DNA of 64,000 nt, from positions 198 to 64,197 of the forward strand of contig CALXCA010000008.1 in the NCBI GenBank assembly GCA_944386685.1, in the 5' to 3' direction. A program made the translations under genes and the position numbers. Shown one piece after another: positions 33,311-42,098 of the stretch. Every line of letters begins with the position of its first letter. The first letter of the stretch is position 1. A model generated the notes under the pieces. It saw nothing but the letters and a program-made list of their open reading frames with translations. It did not search any database and was not told the origin of the DNA. The DNA comes from an uncultured Clostridia bacterium (lineage in GTDB: Bacteria > Bacillota > Clostridia > TANB77 > CAG-508).

Positions 33311-35026
33311 TTATATTTCTATTTTATATGTATTTACAGAATATTTTAGTACTCTTAAAGAATCTCTAGAATCTATTATTCCATCTCCATTTAAGTCTCC
33401 CGCTTCTGAATATTCTGCATTTAAGTCATATGTTCCTACAGAATTTTTTAAAATTCTTAAAGAATCCCTTGCATCAACTTCTCCATCCCCGTTAACATCT
33501 CCTATTACAGAAATTGGATATTTGTCATTTATTATATATCCAGTTGCAAGTTTTGCGTTTTCATCAACAACTTCTCCATTTGCATTTTTTACGGTTATTT
33601 CTTCTTCTATAAATTCTTTTAAATCTTTTACTGTTGCTGTTGGAATTGTAGAAATTTCATCTGTAGCAGTATTTATTTTTATTTTATCATTTTTCTTTAT
33701 ATCTTCTGGATTTTCTGGCTCTTCATTGTTTACTGGAACTAAGTATAATTTATATGTTGCCTCATAATCATATGTTTCTCTTGCAACATATCCCTCTACT
33801 CCATTTGATTTTTTGACTTTATCCCAATATGTTCCATTAATTTTTTGAGTTGCTTTTTCTGTTCTTGTTACAATTTCATTTAAATAAATTCTTTCTCCAA
33901 TATCATTTCCATTTGGTGCATCTCTTAATTTTAAACTTGGATTTGCATTACATTTTACTAAATCTCCATATTGTGGATTATCTGGAATAACTGTTTCTCC
34001 ATCATTTGGTCTTGGACATGCAGAACTTGGCATATTTTTATATACTGGAATTATAAATGTATATTCTTTTTCTAATGAATTATATTCTTCAAAAGTATTT
34101 CTTAGTTTTGCACCCTCATTTTGTGCTGCAAATAAATTTGTCATATATTGATGCCAATATAATTTATTATCTGAATTATCTACATCAAATTTTTGTAAAT
34201 ATATTGTGTTTTGCCCTTTTGATATATAACTACTTGCTATAATTTGCACTCCTCCATCTATAGCTTTTTCTATAGATGTCCATCCTTCTTGTTGTGCTCT
34301 TGCTAAACCATTTAAAATAACATTATCTTGACCATTTCCTGTTGCTCCAATATTAAATACATTATATACTCCTACATATTGTCCATTATATCCTTGTCCT
34401 TTAACTAATGTACTTCCATCTGAGCCTTGTTCTTGTAATATTCTTGCAACAATATAATAAGCATTTACATTATATTTTTGTGCAGATGATATAATTGCAT
34501 TTATGTATGACTCATTATTCCAAAAACTAGAATTTTGAACCATTCCTCTTATTGTATCTATATTATAATTTGTATAAGTTAATTCCATAAATCGAAAAAT
34601 ATCTGATGAATTTAAAGAATTTCTTGGATCCATCATATATTGTATAGCTTTTTGTGATGCACATCTCCAACTTCCAGAATCATATGTTGTGTTTCCACAT
34701 GTTGGACAAATCCATTCATCTGGATAATTGCTGTTTGCTGGTACTAAATTTCTTGGTGATGAACCATGTCCTACATATTCATTTGCTATTACTTCATTCC
34801 AATCTAAATCTGTATATAATATTTTAAAATTCCAGTTTGGATGTTCTGCTTTTAATTGCTGTAACATTTCTTTTATTTGTGGATATGTATTTGAATCTAT
34901 ACTGTTTATATCTGTACTTGTAGTTTGACTAATTGCAAAAGAATTGCTTCCTATAAAGCAAAATAATAAAACTATGATTAATAATATTTTTAAAATTAAT
35001 ATTACTTTATTTATCATTTTTTGCAC
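33311..35026 (-). CDS. secreted peptidoglycan hydrolase (glucosaminidase-like) with SH3b and a C-terminal dockerin
   Basis: 571 aa. Glucosaminidase-like region (ARILQEQGSDGS..YNVFNIGATG), an SH3b-like segment, and two dockerin Ca-loops (GDVNGDGEVDARDSLRILK, GDLNGDGIIDSRDSLRVLK). Confidence 0.7.
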   Translation of the reverse strand: MQKMINKVILILKILLIIVLLFCFIGSNSFAISQTTSTDINSIDSNTYPQIKEMLQQLKAEHPNWNFKILYTDLDWNEVIANEYVGHGSSPRNLVPANSNYPDEWICPTCGNTTYDSGSWRCASQKAIQYMMDPRNSLNSSDIFRFMELTYTNYNIDTIRGMVQNSSFWNNESYINAIISSAQKYNVNAYYIVARILQEQGSDGSTLVKGQGYNGQYVGVYNVFNIGATGNGQDNVILNGLARAQQEGWTSIEKAIDGGVQIIASSYISKGQNTIYLQKFDVDNSDNKLYWHQYMTNLFAAQNEGAKLRNTFEEYNSLEKEYTFIIPVYKNMPSSACPRPNDGETVIPDNPQYGDLVKCNANPSLKLRDAPNGNDIGERIYLNEIVTRTEKATQKINGTYWDKVKKSNGVEGYVARETYDYEATYKLYLVPVNNEEPENPEDIKKNDKIKINTATDEISTIPTATVKDLKEFIEEEITVKNANGEVVDENAKLATGYIINDKYPISVIGDVNGDGEVDARDSLRILKNSVGTYDLNAEYSEAGDLNGDGIIDSRDSLRVLKYSVNTYKIEI

Positions 35027-35228
35027 TTCCTTTGTATTTTTTCTATTATATTACTTTTTGTTAATTTTTTCTTTTTTCTTCGACATAAGTATATCATTTT
35101 TATTTATTTAAAGTCAACTTTTTAAATATTAAATTTATATTACATTTATCTATCAAAAAAAATAAATATTATAAAGGCTTACCAAAAATGATAAAACTCA
35201 TTTCTGATAAGCCTTTATATTTTTTATT

Positions 35229-38200
35229 CTATTTTTTGTTTTTATATTTCTTTCTAACAATATATTTTCTACTAATTAATATTATCATTCCTAATGTAAA
35301 TATTACAATTCCTATTTGATATATTGTTTTACTTCCTATGCTTCCACTTGTTGGAAACTCAAAATATGCCCTGTTTGGTAATAGTAGTTCTTCATTTTCT
35401 TTTATAAATCCTGGTGGATTTCCTATTGCTGTTATTTGTACTTCTACATTTCCATTTATTGTTATATCTTGGTTGTTGGATGTGCTTTCACTATTTTCAT
35501 TGTTTCCATTATTTTCGTTGTTTTCACTGCCTTCTCCATCTGCCATATATACAAATTCTATTTTCCATTGTCCATCTGGCTTTATTCTGTTTAATGTTGC
35601 TTTTGTTTCTACTAGTCTGTATTCTTCGTCTAATTGCAAGTCTTTGAATGATACTTTCCCTTCACCTTCTTTGTTTGTACTACTTTCTTCTGTTCCTACT
35701 AACTCCCAACAGCTATTTACATTTGATGTGTCTATTTGCTCATTGTCATGATATCCTTCGCTATGTTCTGTGCATTCTAATTTATATAATTTGAATTCTG
35801 TTCCTCCTATTGTGTTTTCGTGATTTTCTTCTGCTACTTTTGTGAATTCTAAATTTATTTTTTTACTTAAACCTGCATTTACATTGTTTTCTTCTAATTT
35901 TAAATTTGAACTACTATTTAGTTTGGTGATTAGTTCTGTTTGTCCTTTTCCTTGTTCTTGTTGTTCAAATTTACTTGTTACTTCTATATTTGATATTGCC
36001 TCTTTTTCTACTAGTTTATATTCTTCTCCATCATATTGTACTTCTACTACATAATTTCCTGCTGGCAAACCACTAAATTCGTAATATCCTTTTTCATCTG
36101 GATGTATTGTTTGTATTGGGTTTCCATCTACATTTACTGCTTCTACTAAACTATCGTCTTCATTTACTTTATATAATTTTAGTATTACTTTTTCTGGGTC
36201 TATTTCTCCTAAATTTTCATTATTGTCTATTATTGAGTTGTAATTTGTATCTTGCCATACTTTTCCGTCTATTGCCCTTTCTATTACTTGGGCTGATTCT
36301 TGTGAGGTTTGTACTACTTCTGTTAATATTTCTGTTTGAGCTGTTGCTGAATTTACATATTTGTCTTCTGCTTGATTTTCGTTTGTTGTCATATATATTT
36401 CTACAACTATTTCTGCTTGCCCTACTAATTCTCCTTTTACTGCTATTGCTGTTATTCCGTCATTTGCTTGTTCTTTATTCACTGTGTATTCTCCATTTGT
36501 TCCTTGCATTTCTTCCCAGATTTCACTTGTTCCTAAATCTTTATCTTTTACAGTTATGTTCTTTATTTCTTCATATTGCTGTGCTTGTCCGCTCTTTGTT
36601 GTTTCTTTTGTTACATAAAGTTTTAATTCATTATTTTCTACTGGTGTTCCATTTATATTTTGACTAATTGTTATTTTACTTATTGTATATGTTCCATTAT
36701 ATTTCGTTCCTCTTCCATCTTCATTATATGGCATTATATCTAATATTGCAAATTCTGGTAGTGTTGTTTCATTACTATTTCTTGCTGTTATTGTAAAATG
36801 GATTTCTCCATTTTTCTCTATTACTGGCGTTTCTACTTCTTTGTATAATCTAAAACTTGCTAGATTTATTATATTTATACTTTCTGTTGATGTTCTATTT
36901 TTTACTTCACTGTTTCCTATTTTGGTGTCTCCATCTTCTCCTACTTCTTCTGATATTATAAATGTTGTTTCATATTGCATTCCATTATTACTATTATTTG
37001 CTATTTGTGCATCAAATTTTATTGGTTCTATTTCTTGCCCTGATGTTACTCCATATATATACCATACTAATGTCGTGCTTCCATCTTCATTTTCTTTTAT
37101 TTCTGGCTCATTATAACTTTCTTCTCCTCTTTTACTACTTCCTAATACATATTTCAATCCTTGTGGTAATTTTACTTCTGCTTTTAATGTTACATCTTCT
37201 ATTTGTGAGGTTAAGTTTTCATTTGCATCTAATTTTGGTTCTAAACTGTATGTAACTACATTTTCATTTTTTCCTAAATCATAATTTACTTTGTCTGCAT
37301 TTGAACTATCTACTGCTCCTATATTTCCATATAAATTTGCACCAACTACTAATACTGTATTTCCATATGAAGGTCCTCCACTATGTGTTCCTGCCACCAT
37401 TTGTCCATTTTCATCATATTCTGTTTTTATATAATTTCTGTTTCCTGAATCCCATTCTGTTTCTGGCCAGTCTTCTAAGTATTTTATATCTTTATTTGCT
37501 ATTGTGTATACACTTCTGTCTAATTCTTCTTTCCAATACCATGTTCTTTGGGTTAATCCATATGTTTTTCCTATTTCTGCTGTTTCTTTTATTTTTAATA
37601 GAAAAGTTAGTCCATTATTACCTCCAGTATTTCTGTGAAGATATCCACTTACTGATTCAACATATATACCAATACATATTTTGTTATTTGGTATGTCTTC
37701 TATATTTTCATATATATCCATGTCTTCTATATTTCCATTATTCATTTCTTCTTGGCTTGTCCAATTTGTTCCATCTTTTTTTGTTACATACCACACTTTA
37801 AATTCAGGATTTCCATACATATTATAATATTCATATTTAATATTGTTATCAAAATATATAGGTTCAAAGGCATCACCATCAAATTTTAAAAATTTATTTG
37901 CTTCACATATATCGTAATCATTATCTGAATCCATATTAAATTTTACTGTAACTTTTATAGTATCTCCAATATTAACTTTACCATCTCCTCTTCCATGATT
38001 TGATTCTACAGAAAAATTTTTTCCATTTTTGTCAAATATATATATTACATGACTATATGAACCCGGTTTATTTATAAGATATTGTACTGTTAAACTATCA
38101 TCTGACGTTTTTATTTGTGTATTGACTGTTTTTCCTGTACTTGATATTACATTTATATTACTATCTGATATAGTTAAATAATAATTCATATTTTCTTCAG

Positions 38201-39578
38201 TACTTGTAGGTGGATCTGGTACAAATATCTGCATATATCCTACACAAAATGTTCCAATGTTTTCTGTATAAATTTTAGATATATTATTTGGATTATCTAC
38301 ATAGCTATAAGGGTACATAGGAAATTCTTTATCAAATGCATAATTATTAACTGTTATATGTAACTTACTTTCATTTTGTTCAATTTTTATATCTCCTGAA
38401 TTATATACTGAATTTTTTCTATCTCCTAAATCAATACCAGCTGGTAAGTTATTCATAAATAGAACATTGATATTGTTATTATAATACATATCTCTATTTT
38501 CAATATTTCCTGAAAGATCTTTTGTATCTCTGTTATTCATTCTGTAATTCCATAGTATTGGTGTTGCCTCATCTGTTATATCTTCTCTATCATTTGAACC
38601 AAGCTCCGTTCTTTCTAATTTTAAATCTATATCAAAGCTTATTTCTCCTTTTGGGTATTCTAATCCTTTTAGTCCTTTTGATTCACTTTCATTGTATAAT
38701 TGTACTGTAAATCCATAGCCATACATTCTTCCTGATGTTTCACCTTGTCCATAATCTACTGTTGTTTTATTCTCTAAGTTTCCGTTTCTAACCAATTGTA
38801 TATTATATTTTCCTGTTGAACTTACTATTACTTTTTCTGCTGTTTTAGTTATTATTTCATTTTCTTCATTTCCGGCTAATTTAAATTTAAATGTTGGTTG
38901 TATTTCTGTTCCTTGCGTTGCATTTTTTACTTGTAATACAAATACTACATTTGTCTTTCCTGGTATTGTTATTTCTTCATCACTCATTGTGTATTTTCCT
39001 GTTAGCTTCATTCCATCTTCACTTAAACGTGCTTCTTCTAGCCATAACATTGAGTCTAACTTCCATTCTACTACATTTGCTAAACTTTCTGGTAATTGTG
39101 CTTCCACCTCAATTACTCCTCCTCTTAAACTCGTTTCTGTAGTTCCTGGTTTTAATCCAAATGTTAATTCATATGTCCATGTTATTTGGTCAAATGAACG
39201 TACTATGTTATTTTCTTCTGATGAGTCATTTCCTGGATCATCATTATCGTCAAATGGTCCTACCCCTGTTTTTACTTTTGCTTCTGCTGATGTTATATAG
39301 CCTAAATCTCCATTTACTTCTTTTAAATCTTGTATATCTATCTCTTCTTCGTTTTGTGTAATACTTTCTTCTTCGTTTGCTAATAATTCTGTCTGTTTTG
39401 CTTCTATTATTGTTGTTACTATTTCTTTTGTTATTATTCCTGCTATAATAACTCCAAGTATTATTAATAATATAACTGCTTTACTTAAGTTGAATTCTAT
39501 TATTGTTGGCTCTTTTCCATGTCCTCTTCTTATTAATTTGTGTTTCTTTTCATTTTTTCTATTGTTCATTTTTATCAT
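35229..39578 (-). CDS. 1449-aa cell-surface adhesin with CnaB/SpaA-type domains and a C-terminal sorting-signal-like end
   Basis: N-terminal TM/signal anchor. CnaB-like blocks (GNYVVEVQYDGEEYKLVE; FKLYKL..GKVSFKDLQLDEEYRLVETKA). The C-terminus is FPTSG, then a hydrophobic helix, then RKKYKNKK. Confidence 0.8.
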   Translation of the reverse strand: MIKMNNRKNEKKHKLIRRGHGKEPTIIEFNLSKAVILLIILGVIIAGIITKEIVTTIIEAKQTELLANEEESITQNEEEIDIQDLKEVNGDLGYITSAEAKVKTGVGPFDDNDDPGNDSSEENNIVRSFDQITWTYELTFGLKPGTTETSLRGGVIEVEAQLPESLANVVEWKLDSMLWLEEARLSEDGMKLTGKYTMSDEEITIPGKTNVVFVLQVKNATQGTEIQPTFKFKLAGNEENEIITKTAEKVIVSSTGKYNIQLVRNGNLENKTTVDYGQGETSGRMYGYGFTVQLYNESESKGLKGLEYPKGEISFDIDLKLERTELGSNDREDITDEATPILWNYRMNNRDTKDLSGNIENRDMYYNNNINVLFMNNLPAGIDLGDRKNSVYNSGDIKIEQNESKLHITVNNYAFDKEFPMYPYSYVDNPNNISKIYTENIGTFCVGYMQIFVPDPPTSTEENMNYYLTISDSNINVISSTGKTVNTQIKTSDDSLTVQYLINKPGSYSHVIYIFDKNGKNFSVESNHGRGDGKVNIGDTIKVTVKFNMDSDNDYDICEANKFLKFDGDAFEPIYFDNNIKYEYYNMYGNPEFKVWYVTKKDGTNWTSQEEMNNGNIEDMDIYENIEDIPNNKICIGIYVESVSGYLHRNTGGNNGLTFLLKIKETAEIGKTYGLTQRTWYWKEELDRSVYTIANKDIKYLEDWPETEWDSGNRNYIKTEYDENGQMVAGTHSGGPSYGNTVLVVGANLYGNIGAVDSSNADKVNYDLGKNENVVTYSLEPKLDANENLTSQIEDVTLKAEVKLPQGLKYVLGSSKRGEESYNEPEIKENEDGSTTLVWYIYGVTSGQEIEPIKFDAQIANNSNNGMQYETTFIISEEVGEDGDTKIGNSEVKNRTSTESINIINLASFRLYKEVETPVIEKNGEIHFTITARNSNETTLPEFAILDIMPYNEDGRGTKYNGTYTISKITISQNINGTPVENNELKLYVTKETTKSGQAQQYEEIKNITVKDKDLGTSEIWEEMQGTNGEYTVNKEQANDGITAIAVKGELVGQAEIVVEIYMTTNENQAEDKYVNSATAQTEILTEVVQTSQESAQVIERAIDGKVWQDTNYNSIIDNNENLGEIDPEKVILKLYKVNEDDSLVEAVNVDGNPIQTIHPDEKGYYEFSGLPAGNYVVEVQYDGEEYKLVEKEAISNIEVTSKFEQQEQGKGQTELITKLNSSSNLKLEENNVNAGLSKKINLEFTKVAEENHENTIGGTEFKLYKLECTEHSEGYHDNEQIDTSNVNSCWELVGTEESSTNKEGEGKVSFKDLQLDEEYRLVETKATLNRIKPDGQWKIEFVYMADGEGSENNENNGNNENSESTSNNQDITINGNVEVQITAIGNPPGFIKENEELLLPNRAYFEFPTSGSIGSKTIYQIGIVIFTLGMIILISRKYIVRKKYKNKK

Positions 39579-39663
39579 CCTTTCGTTTCTATATTTTTTT
39601 TGCTCTTTAATAATTTCATTTTAATATGCGTTTTTTAGTTTAGGTTTTTCTTGCACACAAAAA

Positions 39664-39733
39664 GGCTACTTAGCAATACATTATTTTCCACATACTTTTT
39701 GTGTATGCAAAAATAACACATTGCTAAATAGCC
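39664..39733 (-). promoter_or_regulatory. terminator-like long hairpin inside the adhesin 5' leader (possible attenuator)
   Basis: The minus strand reads GGCTATTTAGCAAT..(42 nt)..ATTGCTAAGTAGCC followed by TTTTTGTGTG, about 85-155 nt upstream of the ATG at 39578. Confidence 0.4.
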
Positions 39734-39780
39734 ATATGTTTTTCTTTGGTTCTAATCTATTTATTTTTGTAATATACCCT

Positions 39781-39794
39781 GTGTGTGTGTGTGT
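39781..39794. repeat. (GT)7 dinucleotide microsatellite
   Basis: GTGTGTGTGTGTGT in the adhesin leader. This is atypical for an AT-rich genome. Confidence 0.95.
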
Positions 39795-39876
39795 ATACAG
39801 CCCCAACGGTTTCAAGCTTTTGCATTTTTGTACTCCTTCGTATCTTTTTAATTTTACTTTATTTAAATACATTATT

Positions 39877-39904
39877 ATTATAACACAATGGTTTTCACTG
39901 TCAA
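39877..39904 (-). promoter_or_regulatory. strong sigma-A-type promoter for the adhesin gene
   Basis: The minus strand reads TTGACA (39904-39899), 16-nt spacer, TGTTATAAT (-10 at 39882-39877). Confidence 0.55.
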
Positions 39905-40013
39905 TAGAAATTTTGTAATATATTTTATTATACACATATTTATTTAGTATATTAAAATACCAAGTAGTTAGCGAATGTTGCTTTAGTATAATATTTCCTA
40001 TTATATAAAAAAT

Positions 40014-40050
40014 CGAAGGAACCTGCACAAAACATGTGCAAGAACCTTCG
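40014..40050 (-). terminator. rho-independent terminator of ORF 40058-40327
   Basis: CGAAGGTTCTTGCACA..TGTGCAGGTTCCTTCG followed by ATTTTTTAT on the minus strand. Confidence 0.75.
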
Positions 40051-40057
40051 AAAGTTG

Positions 40058-40327
40058 TTAGGAATTGTATTTGATAGAATGAGCAATTCCTATAAGGAGG
40101 CATAGGGCTTCCTCAAGGAGTATCACTACCCCCATCTGCAAAAATGTTGGTTCGAACCAAAAAGTTGCTACCAGGATATAATTTATCCCCCAGCACATCC
40201 ACGTGAAGAACTCTCCCAGGGCGTATGCCCAGTGAGTTGTGTTGCTCCACTTCTCCACCAAGTAGATCTGTGTGCCGAATACGGCAATGAGTAGCACTAA
40301 CCGGATTACCATTTCTGCTGTATCCAT
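40058..40327 (-). CDS. small three-TM membrane protein (89 aa), strongly G+C-enriched, unknown function
   Basis: AGGAGG RBS 7 nt upstream of the ATG and its own terminator. About 45% G+C by eye against ~25% in the flanks. The overlapping ORF 40113-40361 was rejected. Confidence 0.6.
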   Translation of the reverse strand: MDTAEMVIRLVLLIAVFGTQIYLVEKWSNTTHWAYALGEFFTWMCWGINYILVATFWFEPTFLQMGVVILLEEALCLLIGIAHSIKYNS

Positions 40328-40411
40328 GTGATTTACCTCCTACAAAAAAAGTTGCGTACAATTATATTATACCATAATTATGTTAATTTTGCAATAAATT
40401 TAACATCAAAA

Positions 40412-41995
40412 CAGTGGTGAGGAGTAAAAATTTTTATTTTGGGTTAATTTTTTTCGTTTTAAGTTTTTGATAATTTAATCTAAATTTTTATTCTTCAAGG
40501 CACATAAATTTCTATATCACAAATAATTTTTTTTGTGATTTCTCTTGACTTATTTTATTTTTATTATATACTTAACTTAATAACAAATCTTAACTGTATT
40601 TTTTGATATTCAGTTAGATTTTGTGTTGTTTGAGTAAGTGCTTGGGTCAGTATGGCACTTACTTCTTTTATACTCATTTTTAATTCTTTTATATATTTTA
40701 TTCCTTTTTCTAGTAATTGCCTTATTGTATGGGCAAACTGTATAAAGAAGTAATGTGCCTTGATTGCATTATAATTCTTCGAATATATATGTTCTATATC
40801 AAATGTTCCATTCTTTTGTATATTAAACCTTTCATTTTCTATTTTCCATCTTTGTCTTCCATAATACACTATTTCTTCTTTGTTTTTTTCTGTTATTTTT
40901 AATGATGTAATCCACATAAATTCTGTTGTTTTTTCTTCTTTTTTCTCATAATATTTCAAGATATTTGCTTCTTTCTCAAATTCTACTTCTGCATACTTTA
41001 TATTGTTCCAGTATCTTATGTTCTTATCTTCTGTTTCTACTTCTTCTAATCCTCTTATTTCTTCTCCTAACTGTTTTAATCTTTCTTCTTTTAAACGTAT
41101 TATATATTCCCATTTATTTTCTTTACATATTTTCATTACTGGTTCACATGCATAAAGTGCATCTCCTGATATTATTATTGGTAACTTTGGATATTCTCTT
41201 TTTATTCTTTCTGCCATTCTATAAAATGCTCTTAATTCACAATCTTGTTTTGCTACATTTTCATGTTCATTTTCTACAAACTCACTATCTAGACTTATTA
41301 CTATTTCTCCAACTACTAATTTTGCTTCTAATACATAATGATAGTATATACTATATTCTTTTTCAGTTCCTTTATTATGTGTTGATTTTAAACAATTCTT
41401 ACAATGTCTTTTTTTAAATGACATCATTCGAGTTCCATCTATTACTATTTGAAAATACTTATTTCTATACCTATATTTATCAAACATTTTACTTCTTATT
41501 AATTTTGTTATCATATATTTTTGTATTTTTCTTAACTCGTTTATATCTATCTTTTCAAATACATCATTTATTGTATCATAGTGTGGGAGTTCTTCTAATT
41601 CTATTTCTAATAAATTTGAAATATTTTTTATTGTTTCTTTTGTATTTAATTTTTCTGTTGTTTCTCTCATACTTTTTATTCCACAAAAAAGTCCTAAAAG
41701 TCTTGTTACTGTTATTACAGACATTTGATATTCTATATAGCTCTTATGTCTAACATCTGTTAATTCATTTAATTTTTTTGTTAATTGAGGAAAATATTGC
41801 TTTATAATTTGTACTACATCTGAAAATATATTAATTTCTTTTTTCAATTTTCTTTTTTCTCTTATGTTCATCACATAATACCTCCTTTGCGATAAAATTC
41901 TTTTTTTTTTAATTTTATCATAAAAGAGGTATCTTGTGTTAAGCTGAGTTTAACAATTTCATTTTATTGCGAAAAATTTTTACTCCTCACCACTG
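40412..41995 (-). mobile_element. complete IS element (1584 bp) with 24-bp perfect terminal inverted repeats and a 9-bp target duplication
   Basis: The TIR CAGTGGTGAGGAGTAAAAATTTTT lies at 40412-40435, with its reverse complement at 41972-41995. The flanking direct repeat ACATCAAAA lies at 40403-40411 and 41996-42004. Confidence 0.9.
40564..41874 (-). CDS. DDE transposase (IS4/IS701-like superfamily; family not resolved)
   Basis: 436 aa. Candidate catalytic blocks IVIDGTRM, IIISGDALYA and YYGRQRWKIENERFNIQKN (Y-R-E-K-like signature). Confidence 0.85.
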   Translation of the reverse strand: MMNIREKRKLKKEINIFSDVVQIIKQYFPQLTKKLNELTDVRHKSYIEYQMSVITVTRLLGLFCGIKSMRETTEKLNTKETIKNISNLLEIELEELPHYDTINDVFEKIDINELRKIQKYMITKLIRSKMFDKYRYRNKYFQIVIDGTRMMSFKKRHCKNCLKSTHNKGTEKEYSIYYHYVLEAKLVVGEIVISLDSEFVENEHENVAKQDCELRAFYRMAERIKREYPKLPIIISGDALYACEPVMKICKENKWEYIIRLKEERLKQLGEEIRGLEEVETEDKNIRYWNNIKYAEVEFEKEANILKYYEKKEEKTTEFMWITSLKITEKNKEEIVYYGRQRWKIENERFNIQKNGTFDIEHIYSKNYNAIKAHYFFIQFAHTIRQLLEKGIKYIKELKMSIKEVSAILTQALTQTTQNLTEYQKIQLRFVIKLSI

Positions 41996-42098
41996 ACATC
42001 AAAACAAAATAGTTCAAACTAAAAAAATCTTGTAGTATTTTGTTATAATTTATGATATAATAAAATCCTATTATTTTATTGAAAGGATTTAATTTAAT

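Noticed and set aside
35338-39361. Numerous Leu/Phe-rich plus-strand ORFs (for example 36107-36667 and 37301-37801) inside the adhesin gene
   Set aside because: They are antisense frames of a long AT-rich gene, low in complexity, and lack start signals.
39579-39870. c-di-GMP class I or II riboswitch in the adhesin leader
   Set aside because: I could not find the conserved GGCAAA..GACGCAAAGC..GCCGGGCUGCC (class I) or ACGCACAGGGCAAACC-type (class II) cores. I kept only a generic 'structured leader with terminator' call.
39681-40361. ORFs 39681-40103 (140 aa) and 40113-40361 (82 aa)
   Set aside because: The first spans a non-coding leader and terminator region with no RBS. The second overlaps ORF 40058-40327 in another frame and lacks an RBS, whereas 40058-40327 has AGGAGG plus a terminator.
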